Below are positions 29,908 through 39,068 of a stretch of DNA of 53,904 nt, piece after piece (the first letter of the stretch is position 1; the number at the start of each line of letters is the position of its first letter). The position numbers and the translations under genes are program-made. The notes under the pieces are model-generated. The model was not told the DNA's origin. It searched no databases and was given only the letters and a program-made list of their open reading frames with translations. Source of the stretch: Candidatus Eiseniibacteriota bacterium (GTDB lineage Bacteria; Eisenbacteria; RBG-16-71-46; CAZEPH01); NCBI GenBank assembly GCA_044229145.1, contig JBGATO010000024.1, positions 1 through 53,904 of the forward strand, read 5' to 3'.

Positions 29908-30506
29908 GATGTCGCGTCGAGGTATGGCTGCATTACGCGCGACACGCGGCAGATGCGCGCAAACCGCGCCAGGTCGTTGGCGCCACCGCGATGGCGTCGA
30001 CTGAAATCGCGAAGCGCTTCCACTGCGACGTCGATCCCGACCTTGTTGCGATACTTGAAGCAGTCCGCGACGGACTTGGCGGCTGAGTAGACGCGGACCT
30101 CCACGCCTTCCACGCGCCGTGTTTCGATGCCCTCGGTCAGTGCGGCGCCCGAGAACCTCGCCACACGCAGACGTTGCTCCGCAAGCTTCGGCTTGCGCGC
30201 CTTCTCGGGAAGCGCGATCCACACCTCCGCCGGCGCCTGCGTCGTCAGGCCGTGCATGCGCAGTGCGGTGAGCAAACAGAAGACGCCACCGGGCACCTGT
30301 TTGGCGACTTGGGCCAGCGTGTGCTCGGCGGTGATCGCATGCTCGCGGATCGTATAGAGGCCCCGCGCGCGGCGTTCGAGGAGACCCTCTCGTAGTAGCC
30401 GGTACACTCGGCCTCGCGGGATCCCGCGCGCTTGCAGTTCCGAGACGCGCACGATCCCGAGTCGTCGGATCAGCCGAAGGGTGCGGGTGTCGAGAGTCGT
30501 GATCAT
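29904..30506 (-). CDS. abiEi: Type IV TA antitoxin AbiEi (wHTH regulator)
   Basis: LERRARGLY, CLLTALRMHGLTTQ, VADCFKYRNKVGIDVAVEAL; paired with abiEii. Confidence 0.9.
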   Translation of the reverse strand: MITTLDTRTLRLIRRLGIVRVSELQARGIPRGRVYRLLREGLLERRARGLYTIREHAITAEHTLAQVAKQVPGGVFCLLTALRMHGLTTQAPAEVWIALPEKARKPKLAEQRLRVARFSGAALTEGIETRRVEGVEVRVYSAAKSVADCFKYRNKVGIDVAVEALRDFSRRHRGGANDLARFARICRVSRVMQPYLDATS

Positions 30507-30510
30507 GATG

Positions 30511-30569
30511 ACCGCTAAGATACAGAAGGTCGGGGGTTTTGCACAAGTCCCGACGTTTCGGTTAGCGGT
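30511..30569 (-). promoter_or_regulatory. abiE promoter inside an imperfect palindrome (putative AbiEi operator)
   Basis: ACCGCTAA...GTCGGG...CCCGAC...TTAGCGGT; minus-strand TTGTGC-18 nt-TATCTT ends about 10 nt before the ATG. Confidence 0.6.
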
Positions 30570-30678
30570 GCACGAGGATGGAATTTCTCCGCCGTGTGCT
30601 CACCACGGCGACATTGGAGATAATGTCGTGCGCGCGCCGGCGGTGAACACGGTCGCGGAGCAGCCCTAATAACCCAGA

Positions 30679-31473
30679 CTAGAGGGCCTCGAATCGCAGC
30701 CGCCAGTTGTCGTGATCCCACACGACTCGCCGGAAAGCCGCAGTCGGCAAGTATCGACTAGCCGCTTCGCGGATCCAGCGGACGTTCTCGTCACTTGCTC
30801 GCTCTCCAACAATAACTTCCTGAATGACACTGAGTGGAATCCGCAAGCCGCAGGAGGCAGAGCCTTGCACGACGAGTCGCACTTCTCTCTCAAAGGCCCA
30901 TACGTCGGGCTTTGAGAAAAGAATGGCCTGAAGCTTGGCCTCCGATGATGACTCGTAGGGATCCAGTCGCGGCGGCGTAGAATAATACGAAACGTGATCA
31001 AGCACATTCGCCGATGACGATCGCCACCCGGCTGACTGGCATCGCATGAGCTCAAGCGTCGAGAATCCGACTGCAAATCCTTTGCAAGAATTCGCATAGA
31101 GACTCCACATCAGCGGGTGCTCGCAACTATCGCTAAGAGCCAAGATGCCCACCTTGCCAACGATCGCTGACCTCATCAGCTTCTGAAACTCACTCCTGGC
31201 CGTAGGGTCTGCCCTCAGGCTTTCAATCTTCGACACGGCTTCCACGACTCGATTCTGGACCTGCTCCTCAGTTAGGGTTGAGTCAGAATCCACGAGCACC
31301 TGACGCACGAGCCTTGCGACCTGCTCCGGAGTGCCATCCTCGTAGCGAAGAGGCACATCGGCCTCGCGTGGATCATTCAATTCTTCAACTGACGCGAGGT
31401 AGACCTCGCCAAGCTCCACCACTCGCTTCCCGTGATCGTCAAACTTGCGAAACTTGTACAAGGTGCTCGGCAT
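30679..31473 (-). CDS. DUF2971 domain protein (AT-richer than its neighbours)
   Basis: LYKFR, LNDPRE, LMWSLYA...GFAVGF, KPDVWAFEREVR; alternative GTG 31515. Confidence 0.8.
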   Translation of the reverse strand: MPSTLYKFRKFDDHGKRVVELGEVYLASVEELNDPREADVPLRYEDGTPEQVARLVRQVLVDSDSTLTEEQVQNRVVEAVSKIESLRADPTARSEFQKLMRSAIVGKVGILALSDSCEHPLMWSLYANSCKGFAVGFSTLELMRCQSAGWRSSSANVLDHVSYYSTPPRLDPYESSSEAKLQAILFSKPDVWAFEREVRLVVQGSASCGLRIPLSVIQEVIVGERASDENVRWIREAASRYLPTAAFRRVVWDHDNWRLRFEAL

Positions 31474-31524
31474 CAATCGCTTCGCAGTCGGTTGAAGCGG
31501 AACGCTGCGGTTCACGTCACCCCC

Positions 31525-33003
31525 CTACACCGGAAACGCCATCACGAACGTCGTCCCGACGCCCGGCTCGCTGTCCCGAATCCACACCCGCCCGCCGTGG
31601 TACTCCTCGACGATGCGCTGCACCAGCGTGAGGCCGAGTCCCCACCCCGCCGACTTCGTCGTGTAGCCGGGCGAGAACGCGCGGTGTTGTTGCGCCGGCG
31701 TCATGCCGCGGCCGGTGTCCTGCACGACGACCTCGACGGTCTCCGATTCCGGGCGCTTCGAGACGGTGACGTCGATCACCATCGGGCGTTCGTCGTCGAT
31801 GGCGTCGACGGCGTTCTTGAGCAAGTTCTCCATCGCCCACGAGAACAGCTCGCGATTGACGCTGACCGGCGGCACCGGTTCGTAGTGCGAGCGCAGTTCG
31901 ACGTCGAGGCCGAGGCGCGGCAGGCGGCGGCGCATGTATTCGACGGTTTCGTGCACGAGCGGAACGATGTCGTCGTCCACCAGGTGCGGCACCGAGCCGA
32001 TGTGGCCGAAGCGGTTGGCGACCTTCTGCACGCGTTCGAGATCGCGTTCCATCTCGTAGAGGATTTCGTCAGCGAGGGCGCGGTCCATGGCGACCGGCGC
32101 GGTGGCGGCCTCGGCCTCCGGCGGCTGCGTCTCGGCGCTGAGGCCGAGGCGGTCGCGCAGCAGTTCGGTCCAGCCGAGCAGCGACGACACCGGCGTGCCG
32201 AGTTGGTGCGCGGTCTCCATCGCCATGCCGACCCAGATCGAGCGCTGCTCGCTGCGCTTCATCGTCAGGAAGCCCCAGTACCCCACGAGACCGAAAATGA
32301 ACATCGCGACGATCTCGGCGACGGGATACCAGCGCAGCTCGCCGATGACGCCGGACTCGCCATAGTGCACGTAGCCTTCGATGGCGCCGGTCTGCGGGTT
32401 CTGCATCGGGATGGGCGCGTGGCGGCGGTCCATCATGCGGGTGATGGCGACGAGACGCGTGAGCGGACCGGGCGGCGGATGCGCCGGGTCCATGTTCATC
32501 TGCTCCTCGACGGTGACCGAGTCGGGATGGATGCCAGTGCCATGCGTGGTCCAGCCGATCGGGCGGCCGGCGGCGTCGGTGACGATGACCGGGAACTCGA
32601 GTTGGTCGGTCATCTGCCGCACGACGTCGGCGACTTGGTCGTTCTGCGTCGCCGGGATCGCCGCGGTGGCGAGGAAGCGCGCGAGCAGCGAGGAGAAGAA
32701 GTCAGCCTGCGCGTTGAGCCGTTCGATGAGGTTGTTGGTGTAGAGGAAGACGACGCCGATCAGCAGGATCGACCCGATGAGGAGATAGCCGCGCAAGACG
32801 GTCGGCAAGCGCATCCGCGAGCCGGTGAGCGCGGCGTCGGGCTTGCCGCGGCGCGCGCGACGGCGGTCGCCCGGACGGCGGTCGCCGCCGGCATCGCCGC
32901 GTCCGAACAGGCGTCCCCACGCGAATCCCCGCGCGGGCGCTCCGCCGAACGGAGAACGCCCGCGTCCCGGTGCCTCGTCGGTGGCGCGCGGGGGTGGGGT
33001 CAC
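31525..33003 (-). CDS. Membrane sensor histidine kinase (alternative start ATG 32814)
   Basis: Two hydrophobic segments; WVGMAMETAHQLGTP H-box, ENLLKNAVDA, DTGRG, FSPGYTTK, GWGLGL. Confidence 0.9.
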   Translation of the reverse strand: MTPPPRATDEAPGRGRSPFGGAPARGFAWGRLFGRGDAGGDRRPGDRRRARRGKPDAALTGSRMRLPTVLRGYLLIGSILLIGVVFLYTNNLIERLNAQADFFSSLLARFLATAAIPATQNDQVADVVRQMTDQLEFPVIVTDAAGRPIGWTTHGTGIHPDSVTVEEQMNMDPAHPPPGPLTRLVAITRMMDRRHAPIPMQNPQTGAIEGYVHYGESGVIGELRWYPVAEIVAMFIFGLVGYWGFLTMKRSEQRSIWVGMAMETAHQLGTPVSSLLGWTELLRDRLGLSAETQPPEAEAATAPVAMDRALADEILYEMERDLERVQKVANRFGHIGSVPHLVDDDIVPLVHETVEYMRRRLPRLGLDVELRSHYEPVPPVSVNRELFSWAMENLLKNAVDAIDDERPMVIDVTVSKRPESETVEVVVQDTGRGMTPAQQHRAFSPGYTTKSAGWGLGLTLVQRIVEEYHGGRVWIRDSEPGVGTTFVMAFPV

Positions 33004-33007
33004 GCGG

Positions 33008-34279
33008 CTACGCGATCTCCGTCAGGCCATCCATGTACGGCGCCAGCGCCGGCGGCAAGGTGATCGTGCCGTCGGGGTTCTGGCCGTTCTCGAGCAGCGC
33101 CACCATGAGGCGCGGCAACGCGACGCCGCTGGCGTTCATGGTGTGCGCGAGGCGCGCCTTGCCACCACCGGCCGGGCGATAGCGGATGCCGATGCGCCGC
33201 GCCTGGAACTCCTCGAACGTCGAGCACGAGCTGACCTCGAGCCAGCGCCCGCCCTCGCCCGCCGCGTAGAGTTCCAAGTCCCACTGCTTGGCGCCGCTGA
33301 AGCCCATGTCGCCGTCGGCGATGAACACGACGCGATACGGCACGCCGAGACGCTGCAGCACCTCCTCGGCGTCGTGCAGCAACAACTCGTGCTCGTCGTA
33401 GCCCGCCTCCGCCGTGGTGATCTTCACGATCTCCACCTTGTCGAACTGGTGCACGCGCACGATGCCGCGGGTGTCGCGGCCCGCCGAGCCCGCCTCGCGG
33501 CGGAACGACGGACAGTAGCCGGTGACCTTGAGCGGCAGTTCGTCCTCGTCGAACGTCTCGTCGCGGAACATGTTCGTCAGCGGCACTTCGGCCGTCGGGT
33601 TGAGGAACATGTCGTCCTTCGACACGTGGTACATGTCGTCTTCGAGCTTCGGCAACTGGCCGGTGCCGAACAGCGACTCGCGCGAGATGAGATACGGCGG
33701 CGACACTTCGGTGTAGCCGTGCTCGTTGACGTGCATGTCGATCATGAAGCGGATGAGCGCGCGGCGCAGCTTGGCGCCCATGCCCTTCCACAGCACGAAG
33801 CCGCTGCCGCTGATCTTGGTCGCGCGGCCGAGATCGAGCATGCCGAGCGCCTCGGCGATCTCGTAGTGCGGCTTGACGTCGAAACCGGGCGTCGGAATCT
33901 CGCCCCAGTGACGCAGGATCTGATTCGCCTCGGGGCCGCCGTGCGGCACCGACTCGTGCACGATGTTGGGGAACCAGCGCGCGATCTCGTCCTGCGCCGG
34001 TTCGACGTCGGCGAGTTCCTTCTCGAGCGTCTTGAGCCGCGTCGAGACGTCCTTCATCTCGGCCAGCGCCGCCGAGGCGTCGCCGCCCGACTTCTTCGCA
34101 TTCGCGATCCCGTCGCTCGCCTGCTTCTGTTGGTGGCGCAGCGCTTCCACCTCGCCGAGCAGCTCGCGGCGGCGCTCGTCGAGCGCGAGCCAGCGATCGA
34201 GATCGGCGTCCACGCGCTTGGCGGCCAGCGTGGCGCGCAGCGCGTCGGTGCGGGTGCGAATGGTCTTCGGATCGAGCAC
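33008..34279 (-). CDS. serS: Serine--tRNA ligase
   Basis: GGAGG RBS + GTG; PTAEVPL, FRREAGSAGRDTRGIVRVHQFDKVE, EVSSCS, HTMNASG. Confidence 0.97.
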   Translation of the reverse strand: MLDPKTIRTRTDALRATLAAKRVDADLDRWLALDERRRELLGEVEALRHQQKQASDGIANAKKSGGDASAALAEMKDVSTRLKTLEKELADVEPAQDEIARWFPNIVHESVPHGGPEANQILRHWGEIPTPGFDVKPHYEIAEALGMLDLGRATKISGSGFVLWKGMGAKLRRALIRFMIDMHVNEHGYTEVSPPYLISRESLFGTGQLPKLEDDMYHVSKDDMFLNPTAEVPLTNMFRDETFDEDELPLKVTGYCPSFRREAGSAGRDTRGIVRVHQFDKVEIVKITTAEAGYDEHELLLHDAEEVLQRLGVPYRVVFIADGDMGFSGAKQWDLELYAAGEGGRWLEVSSCSTFEEFQARRIGIRYRPAGGGKARLAHTMNASGVALPRLMVALLENGQNPDGTITLPPALAPYMDGLTEIA

Positions 34280-34298
34280 GAGTCCTCCGTTTCCTGCG

Positions 34299-35627
34299 TT
34301 ACCCCGTCGCGCACTCCGCGAACGCCTCACGCGCCGCGGCGACGGTCAGATCGAGATCGGCGCGCGTGTGCGCCGTCGACACGAACCACGCTTCGAACTG
34401 CGACGGCGGCAACAGCACGCCGCGGCGCCGCGTGGCGTGGAAGAAGCGGGCGAAGCGCTGCGTGTCGCTGTGCGCCGCGCTCGCGTAGTCGGTCACCGGC
34501 CCGGCGTGGAAGAACACGGTGAGCAGCGACGCCACGCGCGTCACCGTCACCGGCACGCCGGCCTCGCGGGCGGCGTCGCGCAGTCCGTCGGCGAGTGCCG
34601 CGGCGGACTCCTCGAGCTGCGCGTACGCCTCCGGCGTCAGCGCGTCGAGGGTGGCGATCCCGGCGGCCATCGCCACCGGATTCCCGGCCAGCGTGCCGGC
34701 CTGGTAGACGTCGCCGAGCGGCGCGATCCGCTTCATGAGATCGGCACGTCCGCCGTAGCAGCCCACCGGCAATCCGCCGCCGATGATCTTGCCCAAGGTG
34801 ACCAAATCCGGCGTCACGCCGGTCAATTCGGTCGCCCCGCCGCGCGCGACGCGGAAGCCGGTGATGACCTCGTCGAAGATGAGCAGCGCGCCGGCCGCGG
34901 TGCATTCCTCACGCAGCATCTCGAGGAAGCCGGGCGCCGGCGAGACCACGCCCATGTTCGCGGCCACCGGTTCGACGATGACGGCGGCGAGTTGTGCCGC
35001 CGCGCCGCGGATGACGGCGCGCGCGCCCTCGATGTCGTTGTAGGTGGCGACCAGCGTGCATTCGGCTTCGCCCGGCAGCACGCCGGGGAGCGCCGCGGCG
35101 CCGAGGCCGAGGGTCGCCACGCCGGAGCCGGCGCTCACCAGTAGCGGGTCGACGTGGCCGTGGTAGCAGCCGGCGAACTTGAGCACGTGGGTGCGGCCGG
35201 TGGCGGCGCGGGCGAGCCGCAGCGCGCTCATCGTCGCCTCGGTGCCGGAGCACACGAGACGCAGCATCTCGACGTGCGGCAAGCGCTCGCGCACGCGTTC
35301 GGCGAGATCGGGCTCGCGCGACGACGGCGCGCCGAAGCTCAGACCTTCCGCCGCCGCCATCTGCACCGCGCGCACCACGGCGGGCGCGGCGTGGCCGAGG
35401 ATGTTCGGCCCCCACGAGCAGACGTAGTCGACGTACTCGGCGCCTTCGAGGTCACGCACGCGCGCGCCCTGCGCGCTGGCGTGGACGACGGGATCGCCGC
35501 CCACCGCCGCGTAGGCGCGCACCGGCGAGTTGACGCCGCCCGGCAGCACGGCCCGCGCGCGGTCGAGATAGCGCGCGGTAACCGAGCCGGGTGCGGCTTG
35601 CTGAGGACCGCTGTCGGTGAGTGGCAT
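34299..35627 (-). CDS. hemL: Glutamate-1-semialdehyde 2,1-aminomutase
   Basis: PGGVNSPVRA, SGTEATM, FAGCYHGH, FDEVITGFR, LGKIIGGGLP, YQAGTL, PPSQFE. Confidence 0.96.
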   Translation of the reverse strand: MPLTDSGPQQAAPGSVTARYLDRARAVLPGGVNSPVRAYAAVGGDPVVHASAQGARVRDLEGAEYVDYVCSWGPNILGHAAPAVVRAVQMAAAEGLSFGAPSSREPDLAERVRERLPHVEMLRLVCSGTEATMSALRLARAATGRTHVLKFAGCYHGHVDPLLVSAGSGVATLGLGAAALPGVLPGEAECTLVATYNDIEGARAVIRGAAAQLAAVIVEPVAANMGVVSPAPGFLEMLREECTAAGALLIFDEVITGFRVARGGATELTGVTPDLVTLGKIIGGGLPVGCYGGRADLMKRIAPLGDVYQAGTLAGNPVAMAAGIATLDALTPEAYAQLEESAAALADGLRDAAREAGVPVTVTRVASLLTVFFHAGPVTDYASAAHSDTQRFARFFHATRRRGVLLPPSQFEAWFVSTAHTRADLDLTVAAAREAFAECATG

Positions 35628-35629
35628 GG

Positions 35630-36118
35630 TTAGCGGCCCCGGGTGACCCAGCCGCTGTCGCCCTGCGTCGCACCCATGCCGCCGCCACCACCCATGTCGC
35701 CCATGCCACCGGCGCCGGTGGAGTCCATGTTCATCCCGGCATGCGGGTTCGCGCCGCCCATTCCACCCATCGCGCCCGACGCTTCCATCGCGCCGTGCGG
35801 CGCCGCGAGGCCCGGCGACAACTCGCCGGCCTTCGCCAGCGCCTGCTTCGCCTCGTCGTGCTTGCCGAGCGCGTCGTAGGCCATCGACACGCCATAGTAG
35901 CCGGCGCCGCTGCCCTGCGTGACGCCCTGCAGCTCGGTGGCCTTCTTGTAGGCCTTGAGCGCGACGTCGTACTTCTTCGCCTTGAAGGCGGCATTGCCTT
36001 CCTCGAGATACGCCTTGAACTTCTCGTCCGGCGTGCGCTTGTCGTTCGAACAGCCCGCGGCACCCAACGCCATCGCCGCGACAAGGCAGACTGCCACCCA
36101 TGTGGTCATGCGCTTCAT
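35630..36118 (-). CDS. TPR lipoprotein with a Met/Gly/His-rich tail (alternative GTG 36121)
   Basis: Lipobox GAAGC; TPR-like GNAAFKAKKYDVALKAYKKA and YYGVSMAYDALGKHDEAKQAL; GGAGG RBS; overlaps hemB stop. Confidence 0.8.
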   Translation of the reverse strand: MKRMTTWVAVCLVAAMALGAAGCSNDKRTPDEKFKAYLEEGNAAFKAKKYDVALKAYKKATELQGVTQGSGAGYYGVSMAYDALGKHDEAKQALAKAGELSPGLAAPHGAMEASGAMGGMGGANPHAGMNMDSTGAGGMGDMGGGGGMGATQGDSGWVTRGR

Positions 36119-37131
36119 CACCGTCGTCCTCCCCTCTCCTCTGCGAGCCACTCCGCCGCCTCGACGGCGAAGTAGGTCAGGATGATGTCCGCCCCCGCAC
36201 GACGGATGGCGGTGAGAATTTCCAGAATCGCGCGCCGCTCCTCGAGAGCGCCGGCCGCGGCCGCGTGCTTCACCATCGCGTATTCGCCGCTGACGTTGTA
36301 GGCGGCCACCGGCACGTCCACCGCGTCGCGCACGTCGCGGATGATGTCGAGATACGCGAGCGCCGGCTTCACCATCACCATGTCGGCGCCTTCGGCGACG
36401 TCGAGTTCGACCTCGCGCAGCGCCTCGCGCGCGTTCGCCGGATCCATCTGATAGCCGCGGCGATCGCCGAACGACGGCGTCGAGCCGGCGGCATCGCGGA
36501 ACGGACCGTAGAACGCCGACGCGTACTTCGCCGCGTAGCTCAGGATCGCGCGATCGCTGAAGCCGTGATCGTCGAGCGCTTCGCGGATCGCGGCGACGCG
36601 GCCGTCCATCATGTCGCTCGGGGAGATGACGTCGGCGCCAGCGGCAGCATGCGACGCGGCGGTGCGCGCGAGCAGCGGCAGCGTGGCGTCGTTCAGCACG
36701 TGCTCGCCGTCCAGCACGCCGCAGTGGCCGTGGCTGGTGTACTCGCACAAACACACGTCGGTGGCGACGGTCATCTCGGGCAGCGCGGACTTGATGCGGC
36801 GCGTCGCCTCTTGCACCGGGCCCTTGTCGTCCCAGGCGCCGGAGCCTGTCTCGTCCTTCGTCGTCGGCAGGCCGAACAGCAGCACGGTGCCAACGCCGGC
36901 GCGCCACGCGCGCTCGCATTCGGCGACCACGGTGTCCGGTGAGAAGTGGTGCTGGCCGGGCAGCGACGGGATCGCCGCCTTGACGTTCGCGCCGGGTACG
37001 ACGAACAGCGGGTAGATGAGTTGGGTGGCCTCGAGGTGCGTCTCGCGCACCAACGCCCGCAACGCGGGAGTGCGGCGGAGGCGTCGAGGCCGCTGCGGCA
37101 GATCAGCGGATTCGGGTGTGGGATGTGACAT
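36118..37131 (-). CDS. hemB: Porphobilinogen synthase (Zn-dependent type)
   Basis: RPRRLRR, DVCLCEYTSHGHCG, SDMMDGR, KYASAFYGPFRDA, MVKP, AYNVSGEY. Confidence 0.97.
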   Translation of the reverse strand: MSHPTPESADLPQRPRRLRRTPALRALVRETHLEATQLIYPLFVVPGANVKAAIPSLPGQHHFSPDTVVAECERAWRAGVGTVLLFGLPTTKDETGSGAWDDKGPVQEATRRIKSALPEMTVATDVCLCEYTSHGHCGVLDGEHVLNDATLPLLARTAASHAAAGADVISPSDMMDGRVAAIREALDDHGFSDRAILSYAAKYASAFYGPFRDAAGSTPSFGDRRGYQMDPANAREALREVELDVAEGADMVMVKPALAYLDIIRDVRDAVDVPVAAYNVSGEYAMVKHAAAAGALEERRAILEILTAIRRAGADIILTYFAVEAAEWLAEERGGRR

Positions 37132-37191
37132 GAGGCCCCTTCCTGTGGCGCGCACGGCGGGGACGTGCCGCGCATCTCTCACGGAGTCCGG

Positions 37192-37220
37192 AGGCTAGCA
37201 TCTGCCCTAGGCAGGGTCAA
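37192..37220 (-). promoter_or_regulatory. Internal sigma70-type promoter for hemB with a palindrome in the spacer
   Basis: TTGACC-17 nt-TAGCCT with extended TG; CTGCC-cta-GGCAG at 37202-37214. Confidence 0.6.
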
Positions 37221-37271
37221 ACGTGCGGCGGGGCTACTTTGGGCGCAGGAACGCTTGGCGACGGGTCCGCG

Positions 37272-38105
37272 TCAGCGCGCCGCGTCGCGCCAATGCGCGG
37301 CCAGTGCCTGCACCAAGCCGGCGGTCGTGTACTCCCCCGCCACCACGGCGGGCGTCAGGCCGGCCTCGCGCACGGTGTCGGCGGTGATCGGGCCGATCGC
37401 GGCGATCGCGGTGCGCGCGAGGAGCGCCGGCGCGTCGTCGCCGAGCGCGTCGAGCACGGCGCGCACCGTGCTGCTCGCGGTGAAGGCGATGGCGTCGGCG
37501 GTCCCCGCCTCGAGCAGCGCGCGGGCACGCGCCACGCCCTCGGTGTCGGTCGCGGTGCGATACGCGACGAGGACGTCCACCGTCGCGCCGCGTGAGCGCA
37601 GCGTCTCCGGCAGGATCTCGCGGGCCACCTCGGCGCGCGGCAGCAGCACGCGCGTGCCGTCGAAGGACGCGCGGTTGGCCGCCTGCATCAACGTCTCGGC
37701 GAGCGCTTCGGCGCGGAACTCGTCGGGCACCGCCTCCACCGGCAAGCCGGCGCGTTCGAGCGCCTGCGCGGTGGCAGGACCGATGGCCACCACACGCGGG
37801 CCGATCAACGCGCGCGGCCCGAGACCGAGCACGTACAGCCGCTCGAACACGAAGCGCACGGTGTTGGCGCTGGTGAAGACGATCCAGTCGTAGGTCTGCG
37901 CGGCGCGCAACGCGGCGTCGAGCGGCGCCCAGTCGAGCGGCGGCTCGAAGCGAATCGCCGGACACTCCCCGACGCGCGCACCGGCGGCTTCGAGCAGCGT
38001 GCGCAGCGCGCCGGCCTGCTCGCGCGCGCGCGTGACGATCACCGTGCGGCCGGCGAGCGGACGCCCGGCGACCGGCACCGGAACGAGTGTGTCAGCGCTG
38101 GGCAT
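37272..38105 (-). CDS. hemD: Uroporphyrinogen-III synthase
   Basis: VIVTRAREQA, WIVFTSAN, AIGPAT, AYRT, FTASSTV, IGPITA. Confidence 0.93.
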   Translation of the reverse strand: MPSADTLVPVPVAGRPLAGRTVIVTRAREQAGALRTLLEAAGARVGECPAIRFEPPLDWAPLDAALRAAQTYDWIVFTSANTVRFVFERLYVLGLGPRALIGPRVVAIGPATAQALERAGLPVEAVPDEFRAEALAETLMQAANRASFDGTRVLLPRAEVAREILPETLRSRGATVDVLVAYRTATDTEGVARARALLEAGTADAIAFTASSTVRAVLDALGDDAPALLARTAIAAIGPITADTVREAGLTPAVVAGEYTTAGLVQALAAHWRDAAR

Positions 38106-39046
38106 CGGATTCCGCATCGTTCTGCAGGCGAACCCGCCACTCCGCGGGGATCGCGCGCGGCGAGCGCGGCGCCGAGGTCGGCGGCGTGCTCGCGTTCGCC
38201 GGTCATCTCGGCGCGCCACAGGTCGCCGGACGCCGGATCGGCGATGACGCCGCGCAGGTGCAGCGCGTCGCCGTCGGCCACCGCGTGCGCGCCCACCGGC
38301 ACGCGACATCCGCCGCCGAGGCCGGCGAGGAAGCCGCGCTCGGCGGTGATTTCCGCCGCGGGTCCCAGTTGGTGCAAGCGCTCGGCGATCGCGGCGGTGA
38401 GTTCCCGATCGTCGCGGCGCGACTCGAGCGCCAGCGCACCCTGCCCTGGCGCCGGTGTGCACACCGCGGGATCGAGCAGCGTGGTGATGCGCGCCGCGAG
38501 CCCCAAGCGCCCAAGCCCGGCGCCCGCCAACATGAGCGCGTCGATCTCGCCCTCGTCGAGCTTGCGCACGCGGGTGTCGACGTTGCCGCGGACGCCGGTG
38601 AAGCGCAGGTCGCTCCGCACCGCGCGCAACTGCGCCACGCGCCGCGGCGACGACGTGCCGACCAGCGCGTTGGGCGGCAGGTCCATGAGCGTCGTGCCTT
38701 CGCCGGCGCGCAACAACAGCGCGTCGCGCGCATCGACGCGATCGACGATCGCGGTGGCGAGCGCGGCCGGCCGTTCGACCGGCAGGTCCTTCAGCGAGTG
38801 GATGGTGCAGTCGATGTCGCCGCGGGTGAGCGCGTCGTCGAGTTCGCGCGTGAACACACCGGTGCCCCAGACCTCGTGCAGCGGGCGGTCCTGCGTGCGA
38901 TCGCCGAGCGTCGACAACTCGACGAACTCGACCTCGCCGGCGATGCCGGTGTCGCGCAAGCGGCCGGCGATGAAGTGGGCTTGCACCATCGCCAGGCGGC
39001 TGGCGCGCGTGCCCAATCGCACGCGGGGACGCAGGGGAACGCTCAT
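38039..39046 (-). CDS. hemC: Hydroxymethylbilane synthase (3' end probably frameshifted near 38155; likely true stop 38094-38092)
   Basis: GTRASRLA, HSLKDLP, GTSSPRR, RGNVDTR, PAPGQGAL, GGCRVP. Confidence 0.93.
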   Translation of the reverse strand: MSVPLRPRVRLGTRASRLAMVQAHFIAGRLRDTGIAGEVEFVELSTLGDRTQDRPLHEVWGTGVFTRELDDALTRGDIDCTIHSLKDLPVERPAALATAIVDRVDARDALLLRAGEGTTLMDLPPNALVGTSSPRRVAQLRAVRSDLRFTGVRGNVDTRVRKLDEGEIDALMLAGAGLGRLGLAARITTLLDPAVCTPAPGQGALALESRRDDRELTAAIAERLHQLGPAAEITAERGFLAGLGGGCRVPVGAHAVADGDALHLRGVIADPASGDLWRAEMTGEREHAADLGAALAARDPRGVAGSPAERCGIRCPALTHSFRCRSPGVRSPAAR

Positions 39047-39068
39047 GCGGGGAATGCCTCGCGGAGAA

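Noticed and set aside
30511..30569. 59-bp palindrome as an integron attC site
   Set aside because: The AAC/GTT core pair is broken on one side, L-box spacing does not fit, there is no integrase or second site, and it coincides with the abiE promoter
33008..34279. serS as part of a selenium cluster with the selenoprotein
   Set aside because: Ordinary housekeeping SerRS 16 kb away; no selA, selB, selC or selD in the window
38092..38160. HemC-HemD fusion
   Set aside because: The frame with host-like codons after the indel ends at TGA 38094-38092, overlapping a separate hemD start; the fusion-frame linker looks non-coding
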